Assembly: GCA_043824495.1 (NCBI GenBank)
Contig: JBDRSV010000001.1
Coordinates: forward strand, 1-63,492
DNA length: 63,492 nt
Source of the DNA: Candidatus Aenigmatarchaeota archaeon
GTDB taxonomy: Archaea; Aenigmatarchaeota; Aenigmatarchaeia; QMZP01
Reading direction: 5' to 3'
Both the position numbers and the translations under genes were made by a program. Shown one piece after another: positions 19,298 through 27,300 of this stretch (the stretch's first letter is position 1; every line of letters begins with the position of its first letter). Under the pieces are notes generated by a model. It did no database searches. It saw nothing but the letters and a program-made list of their open reading frames with translations, and was not told where the DNA came from.

Positions 19298-19313
19298 TAC
19301 TGGCATACTGGCA
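19298..19313 (+). repeat. 8-bp tandem direct repeat TACTGGCA x2
   Basis: tactggca at 19298-19305 and 19306-19313, between the surface-gene stop and the LAGLIDADG gene. Confidence 0.8.
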
Positions 19314-19358
19314 CGACACTACCCTCAAGGGTTTATATGGAACTGACTAATTTTAATT

Positions 19359-20279
19359 ATGGAACTTAAGCTTCCTTTACAGGAAGATCCTTATGTAATA
19401 AACGTACCTATAAAAAGAAACAAGTCTTCTATAGTCATTGATCTTAAAAATCGTCATCTAGGAGCTTTCTTGGGAGCATTTAACAGTGAAGGAAATCTTA
19501 CCGGAAAATCTACGCTAAAAATATCATGTAAAGATATCAATTACCTTAATTCTGTGACAAGCCATATAAAAGAAGTTATGGGAGAATATGGAGCAACAGA
19601 AAAACCACCCACAAAAGAAGATAAAAAAGGAGAGAAAGGGTTCCATAAGTACTATTCCAGTACTGTTTCTAGAACACTAATCAATGGTTATCAAGTGAGA
19701 CCAGGGAAAAAGATTTTGATAAACAATAGGTTGCCAAAAATTATAATAAACACTAGTCTGAATTCTCCCTGGTTAAAAGAATGGCTAAAATTCTATCTAC
19801 AAATGAGATTATCTGGAGACGGTCATGTAAGAAACAGTAAAAATGTTAAGAATGGCAAAAAGTGTTTAACCCGACGGGTAGTTCTTAGTCGAAATATGGC
19901 ACTTGTCAACATTGATGAAAAGTTATTATTAGATATAATGAAAAACTATTCAAATAAGAAAAGCGTGAAAAATTATCCTCAAAGAGTAACCGATGAAATA
20001 GGAATAAGGATGAGAGGGAAAATAAACTACCCCAAAGAGTTCTTTGACTTACAGTATTTTTTGGAAAAACTTTTTGATATAAACAGTCTGATCTATACTG
20101 CTGGTTTGAGATCTATATATTATGACAAAAAGAGAAAGAAATATATAATATCATGTAAATACAGACTGATTATATCGAGAAAAGAAGATATTATAAAATT
20201 CCATGACAAAATAAATTTTGCTTTTTGTGATAAAACTAATAGAAAAAAGCTTATAAAGCTAATTAAGACGTATAAATAA
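19359..20279 (+). CDS. Free-standing two-motif LAGLIDADG-type homing endonuclease-like protein
   Basis: Motif 1 'FLGAFNSEGN', motif 2 'YLQMRLSGDGHV', both with the acidic catalytic position; very Lys/Arg-rich; TTTATAT at 19332-19338 upstream. Confidence 0.7.
   Translation: MELKLPLQEDPYVINVPIKRNKSSIVIDLKNRHLGAFLGAFNSEGNLTGKSTLKISCKDINYLNSVTSHIKEVMGEYGATEKPPTKEDKKGEKGFHKYYSSTVSRTLINGYQVRPGKKILINNRLPKIIINTSLNSPWLKEWLKFYLQMRLSGDGHVRNSKNVKNGKKCLTRRVVLSRNMALVNIDEKLLLDIMKNYSNKKSVKNYPQRVTDEIGIRMRGKINYPKEFFDLQYFLEKLFDINSLIYTAGLRSIYYDKKRKKYIISCKYRLIISRKEDIIKFHDKINFAFCDKTNRKKLIKLIKTYK
20271..20278 (+). promoter_or_regulatory. Candidate TATA box of the tRNA-iMet gene, overlapping the last codons of the LAGLIDADG gene
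   Basis: TATAAATA ends 25 nt upstream of tRNA position 1 (20304). Confidence 0.55.
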
Positions 20280-20310
20280 TAATACAATGCATCTAAGCTG
20301 TTCAGCGGGG

Positions 20311-20343
20311 ACTGTTGATTATTGAGGTAATCATCGGCCGTAA
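20311..20343 (+). other. tRNA intron 1 (33 nt) at position 7/8
   Basis: Central helix GCGG 20305-20308/CCGT 20338-20341; bulges GG^A and AA^T; long intron hairpin CTGTTGATTAT/GTAATCATCGG. Confidence 0.88.
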
Positions 20344-20367
20344 TGGAGCAGCCTGGAGTGCTCGTTG

Positions 20368-20384
20368 AGGCGTATGCCGCGAAA
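20368..20384 (+). other. tRNA intron 2 (17 nt) at position 29/30
   Basis: Central helix TCGT 20362-20365/GCGA 20379-20382; bulges TG^A and AA^G; intron helix GGC/GCC. Confidence 0.9.
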
Positions 20385-20392
20385 GGCTCATA

Positions 20393-20406
20393 GCTTGCTC
20401 TGGGAC
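20393..20406 (+). other. tRNA intron 3 (14 nt) at canonical position 37/38
   Basis: Central helix CTCA 20387-20390/TGGG 20401-20404; bulge TA^G opens into an unpaired loop (relaxed BHB); 3' bulge AC^A. Confidence 0.9.
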
Positions 20407-20413
20407 ACCCAAA

Positions 20414-20432
20414 AGGATAGAAATCCTGGGAG
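20414..20432 (+). other. tRNA intron 4 (19 nt) at position 44/45
   Basis: Central helix CCCA 20408-20411/TGGG 20427-20430; bulges AA^A and AG^G; intron helix GGAT/ATCC; removal restores variable region AGGTC. Confidence 0.88.
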
Positions 20433-20634
20433 GGTCAGTGGTTCAAATCCACTCCCCGCTATCCCCCTCCACCCACCGTTCAGATTTGCTGAATTTCGAT
20501 AACTTATAAATAAATCCTTAATAAAGACGTTTTTGATAGTTCCTATAAATAATTCCATAAAAGTCTTTTTTATTGTTTCTGAATTTTGTGACATGTAACT
20601 TAAATTATTTTTTATGAATAATTAACTGGGCTCA

Positions 20635-21984
20635 ATGACAATATTTATAGGCGATGTTCAAGATTCATATGTAGAAAAATTAGCACGAGAGTATCAAACT
20701 CTGTTAGATGACGATATAGAATTATATAGATTTCGTGTGGATGAATTTAGAGGTGGTGAATACAAGCTTCGAATTCTAGAAAATGGTGAAGATCTGACAA
20801 GACCAGGACAACCGGATTATCACCCTTCAAATGAGAATCCCGACTCACTAAAAGGCAAGATTATGGACAGTGACGTGTTTCTTGTTATTAGAGGTGGATA
20901 TGGAGATGACTGGGATTCTGATAAAATTTTCAACTTGGCCCTACAAGGATCAGAATTATTAAAGGGGGGAAACTCAGAGTTTCTCGATGGAGAGAAAGCA
21001 AAAAATCTTTATCTTGTTATGCCGCATGAACCATTTACGAAACAAGACCATATGTTTACAGATTCACATAACGACGATAAACCAATAAGAGGAGAAGCTG
21101 TCACACTAAGAATGAATAGAAAAACTCTTCAAGCATCTGGATATGACAGATTATTCACAATATATCCTCATGATTTCAGAAGAGAGGGAGACATAAGACA
21201 CAGGGCTCTAAAAACAGATCTGACTCGACCACTAACTGATTGGAGAAAATATGACAATACAGATTTAACAACTCTGGACGATTGGACTAATTATGCATGG
21301 GCAATTGATGCTGTAGAGCCTTTTGTTAAACATATTAAGAGATATGTGCCAGGACTTGATGTAGCAACGTCACCTGACACATCAGGGAATAGTTTTAGTA
21401 CTCTCATCAGAAGAGCACTTGATATATGGGAAACAGACGGTATAACAAAACACAGATCTCGTGCAGAACCATCTAAACTTCATGTTGTAAAAGGATTTGA
21501 CCCTGAACATATAAAAGGGAAAGTTGTTGGTATTTTTGATGATTGGATATTAAGCGGTGGCACTCTCATTAATGGAATAAGATCTGCAGACGAGTGTGGT
21601 GCTTCTGAAATTCACGTGTTTATTGTACATGCAGAATTAGCTACTTGGAATGAAGGAAAAGAAAAGAAGAGTGCACTCGAGGAAATTAAAAACATTGAAC
21701 TAAAAAATGCGAGTGAAATACATCTACATGTAATGGACACTGTCAGACTTGACGGGGCAATAGAAACATTCCAGGGAGAGAATAGGTCATTAACCATAAT
21801 ACCAAGTTGTGAAACCGTTGCACTGTCTATGTATTATGCTATCAATAGACCGCGCCAAAAGACAGTAGCTGAGAGTTTAATGGGAGGCCTTGATATTCAG
21901 TTAGACGAGACCGAACCAATTAAACTTACAGAACTGTCTTCAACGAGCTCTGAAGAATCTCCTCAGACGACACTTGGTATATAA
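20635..21984 (+). CDS. Divergent ribose-phosphate pyrophosphokinase (PRS)-like / type I PRTase-fold protein
   Basis: 'DEFRGGEYKLRI', 'PHEPFTKQDH', 'SPDTSG', PRPP-loop 'VVGIFDDWILSGGTL'; long insertions. Confidence 0.65.
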   Translation: MTIFIGDVQDSYVEKLAREYQTLLDDDIELYRFRVDEFRGGEYKLRILENGEDLTRPGQPDYHPSNENPDSLKGKIMDSDVFLVIRGGYGDDWDSDKIFNLALQGSELLKGGNSEFLDGEKAKNLYLVMPHEPFTKQDHMFTDSHNDDKPIRGEAVTLRMNRKTLQASGYDRLFTIYPHDFRREGDIRHRALKTDLTRPLTDWRKYDNTDLTTLDDWTNYAWAIDAVEPFVKHIKRYVPGLDVATSPDTSGNSFSTLIRRALDIWETDGITKHRSRAEPSKLHVVKGFDPEHIKGKVVGIFDDWILSGGTLINGIRSADECGASEIHVFIVHAELATWNEGKEKKSALEEIKNIELKNASEIHLHVMDTVRLDGAIETFQGENRSLTIIPSCETVALSMYYAINRPRQKTVAESLMGGLDIQLDETEPIKLTELSSTSSEESPQTTLGI

Positions 21985-22018
21985 GTGATTAATAAATCCT
22001 CTTTCTATTGATTATTAT

Positions 22019-22699
22019 ATGACTGGATTTATTGCTGGAGTAGATGAAGCTGGACGTGGGGCTGTTATAGGACCTCTTGTTATTGCGGCTGTTTCTCTAG
22101 AACCAGAAAAGGAAGCATTCTTGAAAAAGCAAGGCGTAAGAGATTCTAAACTAGTTACACCCAAAAAAAGGAAGCAGCTAGCCGAATTAATAGAAAAACA
22201 TGCAAAAGATATCATAGTGATAAATGTCGAGTCATGTAGAATTGACTCATATAGGAATGATGGGATCAACCTGAATCAAATAGAAACAATGAAATTCATT
22301 GATGCTCTTAGCTATTTAACAGCTCATACTGCTTACGTGGACTGTCCCGATGTAAACCCTGACAGAATGAAGAAGATTCTTCAGAATAAGCTAGGAAAAG
22401 ATATTAAGCTTGTTGTAGAGCACAAAGCTGATCATAACTACCCCGTCTGTTCTGCTGCATCTATAATAGCAAAGGAAGCTAGGGAAGAAGCTCTAGTGAA
22501 GCTAAAAAAAGAATATGGAGACTTTGGTCCCGGGTATTCTAGTAATGATATCACAATACAGTGGATGAAAGACTGGATAGCTAAAAACAAAGAATATCCA
22601 GATATTGTGAGAAAGACCTGGATGACATCAGAAACCATTAAAAACAACAAGCTCCAAAAGGATTTAGGCTCTTGGTTCAAGGGTATTGTTAAGAAATAA
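22019..22699 (+). CDS. rnhB: Ribonuclease HII
   Basis: 'AGVDEAGRGAVIGPL', 'VRDSK', 'EHKAD', 'SAASIIAK'. Confidence 0.95.
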   Translation: MTGFIAGVDEAGRGAVIGPLVIAAVSLEPEKEAFLKKQGVRDSKLVTPKKRKQLAELIEKHAKDIIVINVESCRIDSYRNDGINLNQIETMKFIDALSYLTAHTAYVDCPDVNPDRMKKILQNKLGKDIKLVVEHKADHNYPVCSAASIIAKEAREEALVKLKKEYGDFGPGYSSNDITIQWMKDWIAKNKEYPDIVRKTWMTSETIKNNKLQKDLGSWFKGIVKK

Positions 22700-22739
22700 T
22701 ATAGAATAGGAATAAAAAACTTATTCTCAATTCTATTTC

Positions 22740-24077
22740 ATGAGGAAATCGAATGGAAAAGAGTATAGACTTAGAACAGCATACGGAAACGAAGATATAC
22801 CAATATACGATTTTAGGGATTTAACTCACACAAGAGACATGAGGAGACTGACAAGAGTGAGCACCCTTGGATGTGTTAATGAAGTTTATCCTGGAGCCAC
22901 TCATAACAGATTTGAACATGTCCTAGGCACTTTCTATTTGGCTCTTAGAGCTGCAGAATCTCTTGGTTTACCAGAATATGAAACTAAACTTGTAGCAGCA
23001 TACGCAATGACACATGATATAGGACACGGACCAGAATCTCATATATGGGAATTCGCAGCCAAATCAATAACAGGAAAAGATCATAAAAGTGTTGGAATAG
23101 AAAGAATGAAATCACAATCCATAAGAAATGCTCTTAGAGTTGCGGGTGTAAACCCAGATGATGTAATTGCAATGCATGAAAGAACACACCCATTGTCAGC
23201 AATAGTGTCCAATATTATAGGTGTAGACAAACTAGATTACACTTGGAGGGACAGACACGAATGTGGATTAAATGGGGGATGTGATGTTACTACCATTATA
23301 ACAAATTATAACTATGATCCTGATAATGGACTAGCAATTAGTGATAAAGCTGCACCAGAAGCTAGAGCTTTCTTGCGTACGTTTTTAGATAATTATTTTA
23401 CTGTATATTTAAGAAAATCAGTGGAAATAGTTAAAGGCTTGAAACTAAGAGCAATTTACGATGCCATATCTTCAGGGAATTTGGATCCCAAAGTAGGATG
23501 GGGTATGGACGACGCAGAGCTGATGGTCGCTTTAAGAAATGGCCCTGAATCTACAAGAAGATATGTAGAGATGCTAGATACTCGCACATTCCCTAAAACA
23601 GCAGGTACTTTGAAATTACAGGGTTTTGCTGATGCTGAAAGACCCGCAGGAAAACCAATACACGTAGAGGAAGTTAGTAGAGATGAAAGAGCGCATATGA
23701 GTGAACTCTATGCAAACCAATTCGATACTAACATGGGAAATATAAGAAGATTGGAGAGAAACGTTGCCAAGAAACTTGGGTTACAACCTGATGATGTGCT
23801 CATCACCTTTCCTAGAAATTTTGGAGACGGGGTAGCCAAAAAAATTAAAATACATAGAGAGGGCTCAGCTTCAATATCTGAACTAGATTTATTCAGGAAA
23901 CCCGAATCGTCTCCAAGTGTTGTTGGAATTAGTGAAATATACCCTACTCTTGATACTGAAGTAGAAACAGAAGCCAGTAGACACTGGGCAACAAGAATAT
24001 GTGTTCCTGAAGAGAAGAGACAAGAAGCATACGAAGCTATGAGAAAGATTGGTTTAAGAGAACTAATTCTGGACTAA
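22740..24077 (+). CDS. HD-domain phosphohydrolase, SAMHD1/dNTP triphosphohydrolase-like
   Basis: 'YPGATHNRFEHVLG', 'HDIGHGPESH', 'DKLDYTWRD'. Confidence 0.8.
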   Translation: MRKSNGKEYRLRTAYGNEDIPIYDFRDLTHTRDMRRLTRVSTLGCVNEVYPGATHNRFEHVLGTFYLALRAAESLGLPEYETKLVAAYAMTHDIGHGPESHIWEFAAKSITGKDHKSVGIERMKSQSIRNALRVAGVNPDDVIAMHERTHPLSAIVSNIIGVDKLDYTWRDRHECGLNGGCDVTTIITNYNYDPDNGLAISDKAAPEARAFLRTFLDNYFTVYLRKSVEIVKGLKLRAIYDAISSGNLDPKVGWGMDDAELMVALRNGPESTRRYVEMLDTRTFPKTAGTLKLQGFADAERPAGKPIHVEEVSRDERAHMSELYANQFDTNMGNIRRLERNVAKKLGLQPDDVLITFPRNFGDGVAKKIKIHREGSASISELDLFRKPESSPSVVGISEIYPTLDTEVETEASRHWATRICVPEEKRQEAYEAMRKIGLRELILD

Positions 24078-24111
24078 ACCATATATATATTTTCGGGCAC
24101 AAATAATTATT

Positions 24112-24795
24112 ATGGGAATACAAAAAATTGGAAATATCACATTAATCCAAGTATCTGATTCTGACTCGAATATCTATCTCATTGGAGATACAGTAATAGA
24201 CGCAGGCACAGGATTGAATTTCACTAGATTAAGAGATATGATGCGTATTTTGAAGCAACCAATGGATGAAGTGAAGCAGGTAATAAACACTCATGCACAC
24301 TTTGATCACATTGGTGGTGATGGTTATTTCGTAAATGCAAAAATAGCTGCACATAAGATAGATTCAGAAATAATAGAGAAGGGTGACATGGATCTAAGTG
24401 TAGCGGAATTCTTTGATGGAAATTTACATCCTAGAAAAGTTGAAATCAAGCTTAATGATGGAGATAAGATAAAAGCAGGTAGTTTAGAACTTGAAGTTAT
24501 ACACACACCTGGACACACAAAAGGTTCCATATGCTTGTATGATAAGAAAACTCAATTCTTATTTTCTGGAGACACAGTTTTTGAGAATGCAATAGGAAGA
24601 GTAGATTTTGCTAATAGTGATCCAGCAGCAATGAAAACTTCCTTGGAAAAACTAAGCAAAATGCAGATAAAAAAGGTGTTCCCTGGTCATGGAAAGCCAT
24701 TTGAGAAAGCAGCTCTAATGAAGGTTTTGAAGACTTCTGTAGAAGAATTCCAGAAAAAAATTGAAGAAGGCGAAATAGACGAAGATTACATTTAA
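24112..24795 (+). CDS. MBL-fold metallo-hydrolase (glyoxalase II-like)
   Basis: 'THAHFDHIGG', 'HTPGHTKGS', 'FSGDTVF', 'PGHG'. Confidence 0.9.
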   Translation: MGIQKIGNITLIQVSDSDSNIYLIGDTVIDAGTGLNFTRLRDMMRILKQPMDEVKQVINTHAHFDHIGGDGYFVNAKIAAHKIDSEIIEKGDMDLSVAEFFDGNLHPRKVEIKLNDGDKIKAGSLELEVIHTPGHTKGSICLYDKKTQFLFSGDTVFENAIGRVDFANSDPAAMKTSLEKLSKMQIKKVFPGHGKPFEKAALMKVLKTSVEEFQKKIEEGEIDEDYI

Positions 24796-25418
24796 GCGTG
24801 ACTTCTTAATGGAACAAAAACACACCCGTCGTAACTCTCTTCTTTCAAACCTTTCGATGTTTTTGTGACAATTGTTAATATCTGATGATATACATGACCC
24901 AGAGGAAGAACTAACTTACCGCCCATCTTAAGCTGTTTAATTAACTCTTCTGGTATCTTAGGAGAAGAACAACTTAGAATAATAACGTCATATGGTTTCG
25001 CTTTTGGGTATCCTTTATTTCCATCCCCAGCTACCATATTCACATTATTCAGTCTTAGTTTCTTTATGTTATTTTCTGCAAAATTGGTTAATTCTGAGAA
25101 GATTTCCATTGCGTATACTTTTCCTTTAGTTCCTACTATATAGGACATCAAAGCAGCATTCCATCCAGATCCTCCACCGATTTCTAACACTTTAGATCCT
25201 GGTTTTAGATTTATTTTCTCTAATATGATAGCGACCATGCTTGGTGCACTTATTGTTTGTCCTTTTCCTATAGGTAAAGGCTCGTCAGCATATGCACATG
25301 ATTTGTATTTATCGAGAACAAAATACTCTCTGGGTGCTTTTCTAAAAGCTTCTATTATTATTTTTGTTTTTAGGTGCCCTTCATCTACGAGCATTTCTAT
25401 TAGTTGCTCTTTATTCAT
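24792..25418 (-). CDS. pcm: Protein-L-isoaspartate O-methyltransferase
   Basis: 'AYADEPLPIGKGQTISAP', 'VLEIGGGSGWNAA', 'GDGNKGYPKAKPYD', 'CVFVPL'. Confidence 0.93.
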   Translation of the reverse strand: MNKEQLIEMLVDEGHLKTKIIIEAFRKAPREYFVLDKYKSCAYADEPLPIGKGQTISAPSMVAIILEKINLKPGSKVLEIGGGSGWNAALMSYIVGTKGKVYAMEIFSELTNFAENNIKKLRLNNVNMVAGDGNKGYPKAKPYDVIILSCSSPKIPEELIKQLKMGGKLVLPLGHVYHQILTIVTKTSKGLKEESYDGCVFVPLRSHA

Positions 25419-25453
25419 ATTTAATATTTTAGTTCTTGAGATAAAATATACAT

Positions 25454-26131
25454 ATGAAATACGAGATGCATGTCCAAGACGAGAATCTATATGAAGCTAT
25501 CGAATTAGCAAAGAAGCTTGGATGGGAAGGTATTTGTATAACAACTAAATGGAAACATGATTTAACTCCACCTAAAATAAAGAAGAAGGGAATTGATGTC
25601 GCAATTGGAGTTGAGATTGAGGCCAAACCCCATGAGATAAGAAAGATTTTACCAAACATAAGAAAATCATTTGAGATTATAATGGTACGCGGTGGTGATC
25701 TAGAAGTTAATAGAGAAGCTGTAGAAAATCCTCTCGTGGATGTTTTACTAAGCCCATGGGGACCTAGAAACAGTTTAAGAGATGATTCTGGATTCAATCA
25801 CATCATGGCTAAACTTGCGAATAAAAATAATGTTGCTATAGAATTCAATTTTTCTGATTTGATGTATTCTTACAAGAAAACTAGAATTAGATTACTTTCT
25901 CATATATCCAAAGCGGCCAAACTTGTTAACAAGTATAACGCTCCTTTCATAATTTCTTCTGGAGCTAGAGATGCATGGGATCTGAAATCTCCATCTGAAC
26001 TTATATCTTTAGGAAAAACTCTTGGTTTAACAAACAATAAAATAAAGAAATCTATTTCAGATAAAATAGTCAAAGAGAATAGAAAAAGATTATCAGGCAG
26101 CTGGATCATGCCCGGTGTTGAGCTTGAATGA
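25454..26131 (+). CDS. rnp3: RNase P protein component 3 (Rpp30)
   Basis: PHP-like fold; 'GGDLEVNREAVEN', 'AKLANKNNVAIEFNF', 'IISSGARDAWDLKSP'. Confidence 0.9.
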   Translation: MKYEMHVQDENLYEAIELAKKLGWEGICITTKWKHDLTPPKIKKKGIDVAIGVEIEAKPHEIRKILPNIRKSFEIIMVRGGDLEVNREAVENPLVDVLLSPWGPRNSLRDDSGFNHIMAKLANKNNVAIEFNFSDLMYSYKKTRIRLLSHISKAAKLVNKYNAPFIISSGARDAWDLKSPSELISLGKTLGLTNNKIKKSISDKIVKENRKRLSGSWIMPGVELE

Positions 26132-27265
26132 TTCTAGGAGAATACTGACAGCTTCAGCTGTTTTATTTTCTAGAAGTAATTCGAATATTTCTTCAAAAAC
26201 TTTTGAATCTAATCCAGCTTTAGTTAAATTGTTTCTCAGAGTTTGCATGCCAGATTCTTGAACGGACAATGTCTGTTCATGTAGCTCTTTTACATTCAGT
26301 TCCTCTTTCTCTTTTTTGAAAATTATAATTGCATTTTCAAATTTATTTCTAATCTCATTTTCACGTATTTCCTCTTTCAAATTAAGACGTATCACAGGCT
26401 TCTTTTCATGAGATGTACTCAGTATCTCAGAAATTTTTTTCTCCACATCCTCTGTGTTACCCAAACCATCTTCTACATAATAAACATGTCTTTGATTAAC
26501 TAATTCTACAAATTTTGTTTCCAAATTCTTTCCATTTGTTTCAATCCTCCAAAAACCTCTAAGATTAACTGCATCTTTATTTACTTGAGTTGATACAGTA
26601 GAACCAGGTATAAGCAAATGTGTTCCATCATAATCTACTTTCTTATTTTCGTGTAGATCTCCTGAAACATACAAATCAAATCCCTTTGGTATGTTGTTTA
26701 CATGAAGATCTGAAAATGTTATAGGAGAGAAAAGTTGATGGAGCATTAGTATGTTTATGCATCCTTCAACTGGTTTTGGATTCCATTGTTTCACAGCAGT
26801 TTCAAAATATTGATCAGGAACTGCCGATAATCCATGAACACATACTCTTTCTCCATTTTTTTCTAGGACAATTGAGTTTGCGTTTAGATGAACAAGAAAG
26901 CCAGCTCTTTCCAAAGCCTGAACTGGATTCATAGTTCCCTTCACACGCCTTTCATGGTTACCATGAATAGCTACCACTGGAGTTCCAGCATCAGTAATGG
27001 GTAAAACATCATCTAAGTTCTTGTCTATCCCTTCTGATATTTTGATTGAATTCTCTTTTATGAGTGGTCTTGTTAGCAGAACCATGGCTTTTGTCAGTGT
27101 TTCTGTGCTTGGTATTTTTGTATCAAACACATCTCCTGCAAGGAGTATTAGATCTGAATCTCGGCTTTTTTCAAGAGATTCTTCAAAAGCTGAGAAGCTA
27201 TCTTCAAATCTCTCTGTGCCTGATCCAAATCCTAGATGCATATCAGAAATTATAGAGATAATCAT
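26093..27265 (-). CDS. mre11: Mre11/SbcD-like DNA repair nuclease
   Basis: 'ISDMHLG', 'AGDVFD', 'IHGNHE', 'HQ', 'SGDLH', 'PGST' phosphoesterase motifs. Confidence 0.8.
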   Translation of the reverse strand: MIISIISDMHLGFGSGTERFEDSFSAFEESLEKSRDSDLILLAGDVFDTKIPSTETLTKAMVLLTRPLIKENSIKISEGIDKNLDDVLPITDAGTPVVAIHGNHERRVKGTMNPVQALERAGFLVHLNANSIVLEKNGERVCVHGLSAVPDQYFETAVKQWNPKPVEGCINILMLHQLFSPITFSDLHVNNIPKGFDLYVSGDLHENKKVDYDGTHLLIPGSTVSTQVNKDAVNLRGFWRIETNGKNLETKFVELVNQRHVYYVEDGLGNTEDVEKKISEILSTSHEKKPVIRLNLKEEIRENEIRNKFENAIIIFKKEKEELNVKELHEQTLSVQESGMQTLRNNLTKAGLDSKVFEEIFELLLENKTAEAVSILLESFKLNTGHDPAA

Positions 27266-27300
27266 ACAACAAACTTGGAAAGAAAATTTAAAAAAGCAGA

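Larger units (their letters stand above)
20304..20461 (+). tRNA. Initiator tRNA-Met(CAT) with four BHB introns (7/8, 29/30, 37/38, 44/45)
   Basis: Exons 20304-20310, 20344-20367, 20385-20392, 20407-20413 and 20433-20461 join to AGCGGGG TG GAGC AGCCTGGAGT GCTC G TTGGG CTCATAA CCCAA AGGTC AGTGG TTCAAAT CCACT CCCCGCT A (75 nt): A1-U72, three G-C pairs closing the anticodon stem, perfect stems. Confidence 0.92.

Noticed and set aside
19296-20303. LAGLIDADG ORF as an intron-encoded gene inside a tRNA or rRNA intron
   Set aside because: No upstream RNA exon or flanking BHB found; the tRNA is complete downstream of the ORF.
20304-20461. Parsing the locus as a one- or two-intron elongator tRNA-Met or a pseudogene
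   Set aside because: No such parse gives a paired anticodon stem or a 5-nt variable loop; the four-intron parse gives perfect stems and initiator identity elements.
20388-20594. 68-aa minus-strand ORF
   Set aside because: Antisense shadow of the tRNA ('GSGFEPLT' is the reverse complement of the T arm).
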